The translations under genes and the position numbers were made by a program. Below the pieces are notes generated by a model, which worked only from the letters and a program-made list of their open reading frames with translations, searched no databases and was not told where the DNA came from. A stretch of DNA of 53,231 nucleotides from Chara braunii (taxonomy: Eukaryota; Plantae; Charophyceae): positions 2,829,739 through 2,882,969 of the forward strand of contig BFEA01000002.1 of assembly GCA_003427395.1 (NCBI GenBank), read 5' to 3'. Numbering within the stretch: the stretch's first letter is position 1; the number at the start of each line of letters is the position of its first letter. Positions 24,700-40,837 of this stretch are shown here, one piece after another.

Positions 24700-24893
24700 G
24701 GTGTTCCCCCCTTACTATACATAGACTAGCGAGAGGATGAGATAAATGGGTGTTCCCCCTTACTATACATAGACTAGCGAGAGAATGAGATAGATGGGTG
24801 TTCCCCCTTACTATAAATAGATTAGCGAGAGGATGAGAGAGATGGGTGTTCCCCCTTACTATGCATAGACTCGTGAGAGGATGAGATAGATGA
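24700..24893. repeat. Minisatellite, 4 units of ~48 bp
   Basis: ggtgttcccc(c)ttactata(c/a)ataga(c/t)tagcgagaggatgaga(t/g)a(a/g)atg repeated. Confidence 0.92.
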
Positions 24894-25038
24894 GTAAAAT
24901 ATGTATATAAAAATAAATTGACAGAAGAATATACAAAAAATACAAAAAAAGAAAAAAATACAGTCAGAAGACAATAATAAAGCATTTTTGAAATACATGT
25001 GACCGGTCAGTTCAATAATGATATCTAGAGGGCATTCC

Positions 25039-25069
<31 letters not shown>

Positions 25070-25107
25070 AAAACATCAGTACGCCATCCACGGATTCATG
25101 TAGGATT

Positions 25108-25175
25108 CAGCTGCAGTCAATCCAGTTTGTAAGGCATGCCTAAGAGGTCTTCGGTTCAATCCCCATTGACCTCAT
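25108..25175 (+). other. Possible degenerate tRNA-derived (SINE head-like) sequence
   Basis: B-box-like ggttcaatccc (about 25153) with a weak A-box-like tccagtttgtaagg upstream. No full cloverleaf. Confidence 0.3.
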
Positions 25176-25820
25176 GTACTTTACTGGATAAGCTTGGCGC
25201 CTGCTGCCTAGAGATAGCTCGTTGCTCCCCCGACCCGCATTGAGCACTTACTGCTAACCAATCCAAAGTATCTGAACTCTATGTGATCACGACAGCGAGG
25301 TCGCGGGTGCAGGGGGGGGGAACCAAGGGATGGAAGGGTCAATGTTCACAAAACGTGGACGACAAGAGGTAGTAGGCGATATCCTGCTCAACATCCTTTT
25401 AACTTACAAACGCAGATATTTTTCGCCTTTATAAGTAACATGCCGCAATCAAAACCATAAATATAGAGTTACACCCAATAAATGGTCAAAAGTAATGAGG
25501 TAAGTACGTGCCTACGTGTATTCTTGGAATCAATATGTTTCAACACAAAGTGTATAAACCTAGTGACCTGTCCAATATGACTCTCTCTCAACATGAGAAA
25601 AGGGGTACTGAGGAAGGAGGGTAGAGGAGGGAAAAGTGATACATAGGTCGGTAGGTGCCTACATTTATTTACAGAATCACTGTGTCTAAGCACAAAGAGT
25701 AGGCACCTACTGACCAGTCCAATATTACTCGACTCAACATGAGAAAAGAGGCAGAGAGAGGGTAGGGAGGATGGGGGAGGGAATGTCGTATATAGGGATA
25801 TGGGTAGTACATAGCGATAT

Positions 25821-25825
<5 letters not shown>

Positions 25826-25869
<44 letters not shown>
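25826..25869. repeat. (TA)n microsatellite
   Basis: Pure TA run. Confidence 0.97.
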
Positions 25870-25871
<2 letters not shown>

Positions 25872-26104
25872 ACTCACAAGTGTACAACACGATGAAAGTT
25901 GAGACTAGTTGAAATCGTGTTGAAATTGGTTGAAACCTGTTGGAACTTGTTGGAATGTGTTGATAAACATTTAAGAATTTCCTCCAATCATTTTAAGCCC
26001 ATTACAAGTTGTTTGTAACCACATGAAATCGTGCTCTCCGTTTATCGACAATTATGGCAAATTAAAAACCCGTCCATCTTGCCGACTTTTTTTCTGTTGG
26101 ATTT

Positions 26105-26330
26105 TCAATCCTTATTTCCTTCATCCCATATGTCTCCTACCCGAAGAATCCCGTGTCTGACCCAGGAGGACCAACGAGGGTCTGAACTATAAAAGACCCA
26201 TCCTTGCCTGTCCGTGATTGCTCTGTTTTCAAACAGGGGTTGGCGCAGAATTTCCTCCATGCGTTCTGGGGACGGTCTATTAGGGATCGACAACATTTTC
26301 CAATTCGGATGAGGTTGACCTAAAACTTGT
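26105..26330 (-). mobile_element. LINE ORF2 fragment
   Basis: EEILRQPLFEN...WVRHGILRVGDIWD is paralogous to WVKHGLRRVGDLWD at 21353-21538. Confidence 0.85.
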
Positions 26331-26759
26331 CATTGATCAGGTTTTCTTTCTAACCAACTGCAACCCAACAACGCTCGTTACCATATCCCTTCCTCCCCTT
26401 TCGTCTCGCAGAACCTCTAACCCATTCGATAGCTGACATATGATGGGCAACGACATGCCCAACTGTGATGCTATATGGGGGTTGGGTATTGATACTTTTT
26501 CGAAACCGGTTAATGGCATGTCCTTCTTTTTTTATATTTTTGTATGCAATGAGGATAGTTAGGGAACTTGCTTGTTTCTTGTTTGTTGTCCTTTTGCAAG
26601 TAGGATTCTGTAATTTATTGAAAAGAAAAGTGGGTGGGGTCTTCATAGGGGTTCATCTGAACAACCGAGTGACCGAGTACTGTGCGTGACTGCCATCCGT
26701 CTAGTATCCCACCTCTATAAAAACTTGGGATTTGTAAAAAAAAAAAAAAAAAAAAAAGG

Positions 26760-27150
26760 ATTCAGGAGTTTACATTTTCGCGCCTTAGTGAGCGCATGTA
26801 GATTTTTGAATTTTCCTAGATCCTACGAGCGGATTCGCACGCCGGAATTAACGCACCACCTACCTCCTCTGGTGGTTCGCCTAACATTGCCTTTCCATTC
26901 TGTATTTTCTTTAATTCTTGTTTTTCTGTGAATGCGGTTCTTGATCCTTTTTCGCTTGCGTGCGACACCTTTAAATTATATTTTTTGAAGCATCTTGCCT
27001 TCTCTTTTTTGCTCGAAGTCTTAACTGTCTTTCTGTTGCTTTCTTCCTCAACTCTCTTCTATGTTTCCATGCCATCCTTCTTCTCGGTCTAGAAGTTTTT
27101 TTCCCGCTTTCCCTCCGTTCATCCTGATTGGCCAATGATTTTGCATGTCG
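26760..27150. mobile_element. Probable left portion of a second, diverged copy of the TG...CA element
   Basis: cgcgccttagtgagcgca matches cgcgccttagcgagcaca (13183). The same pyrimidine-rich tract follows, ending in ctgattggc (compare 13727). Confidence 0.5.
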
Positions 27151-27639
27151 GCTTGTAGTGTGGAGAGTGGCCGCATCCCTCACACTGCAACTCGTTTATG
27201 CAAGGCTTGCATCCCTTCTCTATGTAGTAGTACTCTTCACCCGGGTGTAGGACCGGACTATTTTGTTATTGTTTATTGCCTGTGGGACCAGACCATCATT
27301 ATATTCCCACAACTTGGTACTCTGTCCAGTCCGCTACCAGGCTGGTACCAGTCTCATCCTGTTCGGTTAGTCTGCTAAGGGTATACCCCACCAAAAGCAA
27401 CGATCTGTACCTTGATTTACTCTGCATTACGCTTGTTTGGAGTACAGTTGTATGCAGTGCGATTTCATGGTGTGTGTTGTGTGTTGTCTTTGTTCTGCTT
27501 TATCAGCCTCCTAACTCCACTTGCATCCCCACCATATGCTCTCTCTCTCTTCTCTGCAAATCAGGATTTGCCACCCCAGTGGCATTGTAGTACACTCTCC
27601 CTCCTACCCTCTTCCTTCTCGACTTACACACGCTCTACT

Positions 27640-28176
27640 AGCATGTGACTCAATCTGTTCAAACAAGCCAGCATGACTATCCTAATGGTAATATGGAGGA
27701 TAAGATGCTCTTTTGAAAGGAAAGAATTCTCGTTTGGTTTCCCTCAAGCTAACACAGAGATTGTAGAAGTCATGCTAGTCAGGGAAGGAAGAAGACTGAA
27801 CAACAAACCCAACACATTAAAGGACCAGGTTGTGAGACAACAGCACATCAACGCATTCAAGGACCATTGGATATACCCCTACAAAAACTTGTGTGACATG
27901 CAGGAGGACGGGAGACTGGTCTGGAAGAACTGGCTAACACTTAAAAAATTATGGGCCCTGAGACCAATAGACGGCTTCAGTGCACCCGTGCCAGGTCACA
28001 ATGAACTGGCATTGAGCGACCCCGGAATGCACCCACTCTCCGCCCATGATGCTAGTGAACCAGCCCCAACATGTGACATGCTAACCCCAATGCATGAACG
28101 AACTTCTGAAGCTCTGCAACCACATCCGGAAAACTCTCTCTCAACCCATCTGCCATGTGCAGGAAGTAGTGGTTAG
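27640..28176 (+). mobile_element. LINE ORF2 C-terminal fragment
   Basis: NLFKQASMTILMVIWRIRCSFERKEFSFGFPQA parallels IKCSHERNGCAFSFPQA (minus strand, about 43320-43375). Confidence 0.8.
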
Positions 28177-31100
28177 ATGACAAGATGATCAGCGAGTTGG
28201 AAAACCCTGACAAACTTTAGTCTTGCGAGGCAGGCCGGTTTTGATAGATCCAAGGTTGTGAGGATATGTAGAGAGCGCCTAACGCACGCGCACCAAGAGC
28301 GGAGGACCTTAGTGATGCCATGACACAGGCTGACACAACATCATGCTAGATTGAGGAAGATCATAGACGGGGGGTATTCGACTTCTATCGTTTCCTTAGT
28401 TCCGTAGTGAGTTTCCATAGTTGTCGTGAATCAAACACGGAGTCAGGCCGATGCGTGTTGATTAAAGGTCAATACGGATGGGAGTTGCGGAGAAAGTCTC
28501 TGAGTAGGTAAAGTGTGTGTTTTGAGGTGCTTAGATTCAAGAATGAGGTATCCATGGAAATGTCGTATAATTATTGGTGAATGGGAGGATATGACGATGG
28601 ACATTATGATCTGACATTTGAAAGGAATGGTGAAAGGGGTTAAGATAAGTCGAGGTAATGGTCGGGAGGAGTTGCGTGGAGGACGGGAGAAGTTAGAGAC
28701 GGGAAGAAAGAGTCAAAGCAAAAGGCGCATAATTCATGATACAAAAATATGATGTTTCACTCATCATTGTCACCTGGCAGATGTGAACGGAATATAAGTA
28801 GGTAGAATGAAGGATAGTGAAAGAAGAAGAGGCGGATGGGGAGTTGAGAGGGTAGTATTTCAAGAGGTAGTTTGGATATATAGGAATCTCTCGATGCAAC
28901 ACAAATGAGCGGTGTACGAGTGTAATGTCTGCTACACTTGAATTGTTACTGATTTAGAGAAGATATTTACAAATATTTCAAGGAAGAAACTCTCCAAGGA
29001 AGGAAGAATGCGGAGGCGAGGAAGAGATTTACAAATATTTACATCATATACAAATAGGAAGAGAAACGAAGGAGAAAAGGAAGGTAGGAAAAAGAACAAG
29101 GAAAAAAGGAATGATGTGGTGTTAAATTTATGTATTGGCAGTATAAAAACGTCAAATGAGGAAAGGAGGTAGTATAAACGGACCAAGGATCTAAGAGCAA
29201 GGAGGGAGGTACGGAAAAAGGGAGAATTTTAAGGCATTTTGGGAGGATGAGCGAACTGAAGTAAGAAAAAGGAGACAGGATCAAGTAGATAGTCATCCAC
29301 GGATGTCGAAGCTTATAAGCCAGGAGCAGCATATGGAGACAAGAATAAGGAAATAGCCATTTACGGATGCTGAAACATATAAGCCAGGTGCATCAACATA
29401 TGAGGCTTGTACCCCCCTTCCCCTAAATTTGTTTCTCACTTTCCAAGCCTGTAACCCAGCCTCACCTCTCCATATTATATTACCGATCGTTGAAGTATCA
29501 GTCTCCCGAAGATTGTGACTGGATGTAATGCCAATATAATTGGAATCTAGATTCATATTCATCATTTTGATTGTGACGGTTCTACTCCTGGGAGTTGGTC
29601 CTATAAACTCTGAGTAAATTTAAATTAGTCTAAGTTATTCTGAGTTATTAAAAATAAAAATGAAAAAGGGACGATAATCAAGGAGAAGTTATCACAAAAC
29701 ATTGAGCATAATGAAGATGGGGTTCCGTCGTGTGCAAGGGCCAGATTCTATGCTATTTTATCAGGGAGCGATGCGCCATGTGCTATACAAGCACATGGGG
29801 CTCTTGCCCTATGCCGGACCGGAAGCTGCTGATAGGACCAAATTACTTGGTAAAAATCCGGAAGGAACATTAGTGAAATGAGAAAAATAGCAGACGAGAT
29901 TGGAAAGGGAAAATTGAGATATTCAGAAGATGGAAATTCAGAAAGAAAGAAATAAGAGAGATCGTGCCTCTTGCACAAGGGAAGGAAAGTGAATATCAGA
30001 CGATGAACAAAGGCAATGCAGATTACACCAACACCCAGAGTACCATATCTGATTTGGAAATGGAGGAAGGAGATGACAAAATTCTAACTTAGGAAGAGAA
30101 GAATCATAGAAGAACTAAGGAATCAAATTTTTTTCCCCAAACGACAATTTTTTTGAAAGAGCAGAAAACTGGGAACACTTCTTAAGGACATAACAAAAAG
30201 GAATCATGGGCACAGAAGGTACGAGAATCATATACAACAAAACACTCAACATCAAGCCACCAGCGATTGACGGGCTAGGATCTCGAGTGGAGAAACTGAA
30301 AGTGCGCTTGAGGAATCCGTCGTCAGCAAGAGCGTATTTTCTTTCCCTGTTCGTCTTCCATCGGACCAGTTGGTTACAGAACAAGGGGTAGAAAAACGCT
30401 GATGAAAGCTTACCCACCAGAAAAACTGGTGCAGAGGGATGCAACGTACACCCAGCATGACAACAATTGAATTTTTTATGATGGTGCTGCATACAAGTCG
30501 GTAAATGATAAGATTAAATACATCTGTAAGAGATTGGAATCGTTGAGGGATGGTCTAGAAGGAGTGACAATTTTTTTTCTCATTCAGTTTATCACACCTA
30601 CGGTTTTCACAGTGCTGAGCATGTTTGATCAGGACAAGGCAAAGATAGATGGGTGGAAAAAACTTCAGTGGGATGAATTTGAAGTTCGTATCTACCATTG
30701 GCTTTCCAAGAAAGTTGGTCCTGATGAGAGAAGGGACCAACTAATGAGCGACTTCTACTGGGTCGAATTGAAACACATCCCTATTGAAGTGCAGGCAACC
30801 TTTACCCGTGATTTTGGTCAACAATTCTAAATTGCTGACTTCATTAACCAGTTGTCGTCCTACGTGGCGAAGAGAGACGATTATCTCATGCTCGCATTTG
30901 AGTTGCCTAAAGAACATGTGTTTTCCATCGACGACATCATCTCATTCAAAATGGGCGGTCAGATTTATCAGGTTCATACAACCCACAAGTTCCACCCCTG
31001 GTATTTTAAGTGTGGGGCGTATGGACACCTGAACTCTGAGTATGTCTGTCGATCACACCCTCAACATGCGGTTCAACTTGAAATGCATCTTAAAAGAGAC

Positions 31101-31750
31101 CCCCATAGATCTAATTGTTGGCTTCCAACGATATTGGGCTATGAGGGTTGGGTCTATCGAGAGGAGCTCAATCCAACGGGACAACCAGTAGGATGGTCTC
31201 GGGAAGGGAGGGGCGATTTTAGGAAAACACCCAGACCGCCGGCAGACTGGATACCGCCATCACCATTGTCACAATCGACTTCTCCTCAAAAAAATGAGAA
31301 AACCTTAGTTCATAAATGGAACACCCCACACAACAGTCAAGAGAACCACGAGCAGGCAACCTTAAGTGGGAGGCAAAAGGCTGCCTCGGGGACAACAAAG
31401 GAAGAACAATAAGGAATGGAGAAGCACACAAGCATAAGAAGTGGAGGTGGAGGGAGAGGGCAGACTGGAATGGGGAATGGCAGGTTACAAAAGCAGAAAG
31501 TTATGGCTGCTCCACCAAACGGAGAAAACAGAAAGGATGTTGGCCCAAAGGCGAGAGATTACCTTCCCAAAGATGGTACAAAAGGCATAATAGAATGGAG
31601 GGAAGTGAAACGAAATGGGGGAAGAAGGCAAATGGAAACTTCGTTGAACAAGAAGGAAGACATTAGTGAAAGAGAGGAAGTGGGATCAGAAAAGATAAGG
31701 GAGGTAACAAGGGAGAGACTAAGAGGATCAGAGAACGGAAGAGCAAGAAC

Positions 31751-32279
31751 AATCAACGGAAAAAAATTCCAGAATTAAATATTCATTCTATAGTAAAATT
31801 ACATTCTAAATTTCAAATTTTCATTCCATCTTAAAAAATGTCATTCCAATTTTAAACTTTTTCGTCTTACTTGAGAACTTTCCTTCCAAGAATAGGGTAT
31901 CCCTTCTTATTTGAACTGCATGCTAGAGATGGAATGAAAGTCTGGATGAGTTCATGAAATATTTTAATTGGAATATCATTATAAGTAAGGATTTTCATTC
32001 ATAAATAGGTAAATCCAATATAAATTAGAAGATATTTGTTGTAGTAGAATGAAAGTTTAATTAAAACATTTCATAAACTCGTCCAGACTTTCATTCCATC
32101 TTGAACAAATAGATGTAGTTGGAAGGGAAAACTCATATTTAGACGGGAACTTATCAAATAAAACTAAAAATTGTAAAATTGGACAAACATTAGAATGATA
32201 ATTTATAAATATGAAGGATTTTTTTTTTTATGGAATGTTTTTTCAACTTTCATTTCTCGCGGGAATTTTTCTGTTGATG
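31751..32279. mobile_element. AT-rich foldback MITE inserted in LINE ORF1
   Basis: Ends atcaacggaaaaaaattcc / ggaatttttctgttgat. Internal arms atggaatgaaagtctgga(t)gagtt / aactcgtccagactttcattccat. Confidence 0.75.
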
Positions 32280-35200
32280 AAGGGAGCAAAATTAAAAGAA
32301 AAGGAGTTATTGGAAGAGAAGCATAATGAACATCAGTGGTCACAAGTAATACCGATGAAATGAAATCCGCTGCAGGAGCTATTGGAACTACAACCAATGG
32401 AGATAAAAATACCACAGTCAGCCTCCCCATCCCCACAAGTCTTGCCTGCGATAATGGATGATGCAAAAAGAGCATTGGACTAACAAACAATTAATTTTAG
32501 AGTGGTTGATTGGTTGCTATATAATTTGAAAAAACAGCACCCTGAATTCATTGAGATGGAATGACCGAAGGTTTTTAAAGATTTGTTTGCTTTTATAGAT
32601 AGCAGTAAGCGCCTGATAATGGTTTTGTAGATGAGACCTCCACAAGAAATAACATGGGAAGAAATCGAGGAGGAAACACATGAGGCTACACAGGGATGAG
32701 GGAGAGGGGTCAAACGTTTGAGGGGGACTGTTAGAATGAAGGAAGTGAAATATTGCCTCCTTCCCAACAGTTCTTAAGTCGACACAAGCTGATATGGGAA
32801 AGCCTGAAAAGTTACAGGTGATGGACAAAGTCATGAGAGAGACAGATAAAAGTGATGATAGGAAGGAGAATCGGGATTAGGTGGGAAGGGTACAAGACAA
32901 TCAAGACAAAACGATGAGAGCGGAATCAGTCCTAATGTTGGGAGACATAACACAGAAGGATACACAGGAGGAAGGGAGAGGGGTCAACAAGTCGAAGAGA
33001 GACTGTGAGAATGAAGGAAGTGAAATGTTGCCTCCTTCCCAACAGTTCTCCGAAATGTCTGATTCAATACAAGATGGTACGGGAAGGTCTGGAAAGTTAC
33101 AGGTGTTGGTCGGGAAGGAGAATCCGGACGCAGTATTGACAATGGTGAAATGGAATCAGCAGATAGTCGATCTGACGGAAGCTTTCCCTAATGAGGAACA
33201 CTCTGCCCCCTTTGAATCAAAACTTATAAGTAAAAGACAAAAATTGAAACACGGACTGCAAAAAGGATAGGGAGAGCTTTCTCCACATAAATGAGGAATT
33301 GTTCTCCTTCCGGTCAGAAATAAAAAAATGGATATGGGAAGTTGAGTTGTCTGAACCACTGGGGGTTGCATATGGGGAAGTTACACTCTAGGGTACGACG
33401 TCATCTTTTTTCTTCTCACCTTCCACTATGGGTCGACTATCAGAAGAGACCCGCCTTAAAGAACAAATAATGTACCTTATTCGGGAAAGTTGTCCGGAGG
33501 GAGGAACAACTATCCTTATGGTTAATCATGGATCAAAGATAATAGTTGATTGTGAGATCTATATAAAATATGGAGCTTCCAAACAAATAGAACGATGGTT
33601 CACTCAAGAATCTTAGAAAGAATTACAACTTTTCAAGATAAAAGCAAGAAAGTTTTGGTCAGAGACAAACGTTAGTACTCTCATGGTCAGAATGTTGGGA
33701 TATAGTATGCTAGAACAAGGTGAACTTTTGGAAGAAGGAGAATGACATGAGTTTTGAATTACGAATCTCAGAATTAATAGTGATTATCGATGAAGTGAAG
33801 AGTGGGGCTGGCTATTTTGAGAAAATGGAAGGCGGAAAGGTAATAGATGCATTGTCTAATAAGGATAAATCGTTTGAATAAATTGATAAGAGAAACAAAT
33901 TTAGATCCGAGATTCTTAAATGTAAATGGACTAGCCTCAACCAAAACCCAAAAGAGAAAAACCATTTACGATCAACTAAAAGGGATGATGGGAGACACTG
34001 ACCGGATATTATATGTATACATGAGACAAATCTTATGGATACGGAAATACATAATCATTGTCACAAAAAAATGGCCTCATACATCCTTTAGAGCACATGC
34101 CTCTAGACCTGGGAGTGTTGGAGTTGTGATTTGAATCCCTTCAGGATCCAGAGTAGATCCAATCAACTGGGAGGTAGATAAAAAAATAAGGGCATGTGGG
34201 TTTATATTTTAGCCATGTTAGAAATAGAGGTGGTTAGTATCCTATGTGTCTATGGGCCAAATGAGGGAGCGCGACAACGGTTTTTCGAAGGTATTATACC
34301 TCAACTTCTAGAAGGAATTCTCATTATTATAGCAAGTGATTTCAATGCAGTCCCGGATAGACACTTCGATAGATGGCGAATTCCTTCTTCATGCCCTGTG
34401 TATGTGGAAACACATGAACTCATAATAGCAATCACTAAAGTTGTTTAACTCTTTTCGCAGGGTTAATCCCACGCAACGCAAGTTTACCTGTTTCAGGAAA
34501 GGTCAATCTGAGTTTTTGTCGAGATCGTGTATTGATTTGATTCCAGTGTCAGAAGATATACTAGGTGTACTTCAAGTAACAAAAAAAATTCCTCGTCCTC
34601 TTCCTGGTTTGAACCATGCAATGTGCATAGTCATTCTTCCTTTTCGGAAAAAAAAACAGATAAAATAAAATAATTTTATAAATTGAATACATCGCATATG
34701 AAATTTCCCAAATTGAACACTATCTTATTAATGTATAAACCTTCTGGAGATAACAAAAGAGTAATATACAAAATGATATTGAGTGGTTCAATAAGAGTTT
34801 TTTTTTTTTTTTGCCGTAAATGCAATGCATAGTCCAAAATCCTAGCAGCACAAAGACATTTCACAGAAAAACAACTTCAAGAAATAATTCAACAGCTACA
34901 AATAATAGAGATGGACTCAAAAGAAGAGAGTAACAGTGAAGTAGTAGCTCAAGGATTACAAGAGCTGAAAAATCAATTATTGAAAACGATGGAGTATAGG
35001 TGGCAAGGTGCTAGGATAGGCAAGCTCAGTAAGAATAATGTTGAAGGTGCTATGGACGCAATATTTTTCGCAATGGCAAGAGCACAAACATGTAGGACAA
35101 TTATTAAAGCACTTGCTCACCTACAAGAACTAAATGAACATTGGAAAACTTCAACAACAGAATGTACAAAGATTGCGAGTTTTTTTTTTTAAGACCTGTT

Positions 35201-35713
35201 TACATTAGGAAATAAGCACATACAGGTGGATCAACGTAGAAGAGAGATAAATGAATTTTTTATCCAAATGTCCAAAACACTTTCTGACGAACAAAGAGAA
35301 CAATTTGAATATTCGCTTACTAAAGAGGAAATATGAACGACCCTCATGATGATGAAGGAAGAAAAAACATCAAGGATCGATGACCTTCCCAAAGAATTAT
35401 GGGAAACCCTTGGAAATTTCTTTTGATTGATCTAATGGAATTCTATAAAGCGGTATGAGAGACAGACGGGATGGGAGAGATAGTACGTCAAAAATTTCTT
35501 ACACTGATATACAAGAAAATGGCAAAATCGAATATTCGTAATTATAGACCCATCACTCTAAAACACACGCCAACAAAATGAATAAATTTATGACAGACAT
35601 TATTCACCCTACTCAGACATGGTTTATTCAAAGAAGGAATATTCATGATAATATCTTGCTTGTCAATGAACTAATTAGACTCTCGCGTCAATCCAAAAAT
35701 AATACTGCATTTA

Positions 35714-35965
35714 CTAGGCTACCAACCGGGCCGCCCTATTTTCCCGGGCGGCCCGGCCGTGCAAGGCATAGGGAAGGTCCCAGCCAAAAAAATTCCGAAA
35801 AAAAATCTGCATTATGCAGAAAAATAAATTGAACAATTTTTGTCTCAGGATCACCTCGAAATTCTTTACCAAATTTAAAATAAAATTTTAAATTAAAAAA
35901 TATATATTTTTTATTTCTTTTTGGCCCGGTCGGGCAAGTGGACCCGGGCAACTCTGGTAGCCTAG
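35714..35965. mobile_element. hAT-superfamily MITE (252 bp) inserted in the LINE RT domain
   Basis: Perfect 11-bp TIRs ctaggctacca / tggtagcctag. Perfect 8-bp TSD tgcattta (35706-35713 and 35966-35973). Removal restores NTAFIFIDFEKAYD. Confidence 0.95.
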
Positions 35966-38855
35966 TGCATTTATATTCATCGATTTCGAAAAGGCTTATG
36001 ATAATGTTGACTGGTTCTTCCAAAAATAATGCTGCATTTATATTCACCTTGATAAATATATGAAAAAAGTCAAATTTTGTCTACGCTGTAGAGAATGAAT
36101 TCAAATTTTTCTTCATAATGCAACAACGAGTGTTATGGTGAATGGTAATGTGACACAAATAATTTCCTTAGAAAGATCAGTTAGACAAGGGGATCCAATT
36201 GCTCCCTTTTTGTTCGTTACAATTATGAAAGTCCTAGCAACAAACTTGAGAAAGAAATAAAAATATCAAACGTATTCAAATCTCATCTATTCAAGAGGAG
36301 GATATCCTGTTATGCTTTTTATTTGTTGATAATCTCTCACTAATGGTAGAGGCTTCTCAAGCCAATTTGGATGCAATCAAAAGAACAATGGATAAATTTT
36401 GCCTTTTGTCCAATACGAGAGTAAATTGGGGAAATAAGACCTTAGGATAGTGGATACACTACGAAGGAGTGAGACCACCAGAACAACCCCAAATAAGGTG
36501 GCTCCCATTATAATTTCCTATCAGAGTTATAAGAATCTCCTTATCAACAAATGGAAAACCAGTGTTTAATAATGAAAATCTTATGAATTAAACCAAGAGA
36601 AAATTTGAATTATGGAAGCATAAACAAACATCGATTATGGGAGAACATTGGTTATCAATAATGTCGTCCTTGCTTCTATATGGTATAAATCTGTAATTTG
36701 GGCAATGGATAAACCTACTCTTAAAATCTTTCAACGTCAACTAGCTGTCTTTCTGTGGCGGGGAAATCATGAATTACATAGGACTATTAGTAGAGTGGCA
36801 TGACTATCATTGATTCAACCAAAATCAAATGGAAGGTTGATAATAATCAATCGATCTACTCAAGCTATGGTCTTATCCATACAGTGGTTCAAACGACTTT
36901 TGTTCGACCCTCAGGTGTGATGGAACAGTTTAGCAAGTGAGCAGATCGGGAGATTGACACCCATAACTCCAGAAACGGTGAATCTGCTGATGTGGTTAGA
37001 AAATCGTTATTGGTCCCTCCCAAGAAAACCTAAGAAAGAAACAGTACATCTTCACGAATCAGACAGACAAGCGGTTAGACGAGATCTAAAAAATGACTCC
37101 TTCTGGATATACATAATTAAAACATGGAGAAAATTATCACCTGCAGACAAAATTCTCACTCAAAAACGGGAAGAAGTGTGTCAACAACCCTATTTAATAA
37201 TGTTTTTCTAAGGAATTCTGAAGGATGTGTCTTACATTGTACGGATTCTCTCTCGAAAGGGTGGGTTAAGAATGAAGCAATTAGAATCAAAGATACTTGG
37301 GATAAAGAAGGAAGAGACCGAATCTCTCTCTCAGACTTACATACCCGTTTTCGTTATTGTCATCATTTGGACTGGGCCCTGAAACAAATAATTGATATAA
37401 TTCTTATAGATTGAATTCGTATTTTTAGGAGCGGGCATAAGTTATATGTTTCAAATTGGGTAGCTATAAAATGTCAGACTGGTGTGGTAGGGAATGTTAT
37501 TGAATATTTCAACACTGAGTCAATTCTGTTAGAAATTTATGAGATAAGAATAGATGAGTTTGTGTTATCCTCTCAAAAGAAAAACACAAGATGGATATAA
37601 GACACTCAAGTATTCAGATTTAGGGTCTTACAGGTTAAGGAGAAATGACTAACTTTCAAACCAGAGACCCCTATATCTTCTCGACCAATAGACCCAACCA
37701 TATGGAGACGAACGAGTCAAGTGGGGAAAGGTAGATCATGCTCTATAGCGTTGCACACACTAAAAGTCAAATCAACCTATAGAATGCTGAGACAAAAGGT
37801 CAATATTAAGGAAAGAGTAAAAGACAAATGGATGAAACATCTAAATGTGCACAGAGAGGAATTAAAATCAATCCAATGGTTTAAAAATAGTAATTTAAAG
37901 CCAACAAAAGTAGATTTCTTACAATAGCAGATTGTTCACAGATGTCTCCCTACCAATAATTGAATTATTGACATAACCTCTCGTGAACAAAAATGTTTAG
38001 TTTTTCCTTGGTGTAAATTCTGCGAGTCTGCCTTTCCAAAGAGGCTCATTCCAGAAACCATTAAACATATCTTCCTTCAATGCCGAGGAGCGGTATGGTT
38101 ATGGAGTTGGTGGGATAAAATTTGGCAACAATTTGGTACTTCTCATACCTGGCCATGGAAGTGGAGAGCGTTGCTCCTTGATTTATGGAACCCAAAACAT
38201 ATAGATGAATTCACATGAAATTTATTCATTACTGGTAGAAGGGCAATATTGTGGGCAATATGGATAAAACGATGTACTCACGAGATGAAAGGTGCACGAG
38301 TGGATGAGTCTGAGATCACAGAAACTACTAAACAACAAATTCAAACTGATATTTTATCTAGATGGGAGAAAGTCAAAGAAAAAGTACAATATATCACATC
38401 AAAGAAGGAGATTTGGCATCATATCCAGTTGTTTAATCGTAACTGGATTGGGGGGGATCAGGGAGGGAGAGTGGGGTAGGTGAAGTGGGAAGGAGGACAA
38501 GTAAGAGACCGGGAGGAATTTCAAAGGAAATATCGCCTATCTTTCAACAACTGGATTGAAGTCGACTCTACAATCTCACTACGACCTCTTGCGGAATTCC
38601 CAGATCCTTTCCCCTTGTCGAACTTTTGTATGGTTCCCAGATCATGGTATGGGTATGAACGAGACATGTACGTATCTGCGGATATATGTGCTAGGGTGAA
38701 ACGACTTTTAGGCGCCCTATTTAGGGTGAAGAGGCATGATACAAGCTAAAGTGGACTACTCCGGGTAGAATGCGAGGACCCCGACCTCAATATTTTTAAA
38801 ATTAATATCAGCCTTGGGTACTGGGCCCTTGTTGGTAAAAAAAAAAAAAAAAAAG

Positions 38856-40837
<1,982 letters not shown>

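Larger units (their letters stand above)
29700..38854 (+). mobile_element. Near full-length, heavily decayed L1/Tx1-clade LINE (ORF1 zinc knuckle; ORF2 APE, RT, zf-RVT; poly(A)); 5' boundary approximate
   Basis: ORF1 knuckle-like YFKCGAYGHLNSEYVC (about 31000). APE motifs LNVNGL, CVYGPN, IIASDFNAV, SCIDLI (33900-34550). RT motifs NYRPITL, FIDFEKAYD, RSVRQGDPIAPFLF. zf-RVT CKFC...ETIKHIFLQC (about 38010-38085). Poly(A) at 38837-38854. Many stops and frameshifts. Confidence 0.92.

Noticed and set aside
28257-29400. Possible LTR starting tgtgagg in a purine-rich tract
   Set aside because: No matching CA terminus, TSD, convincing PBS or second copy in the window.
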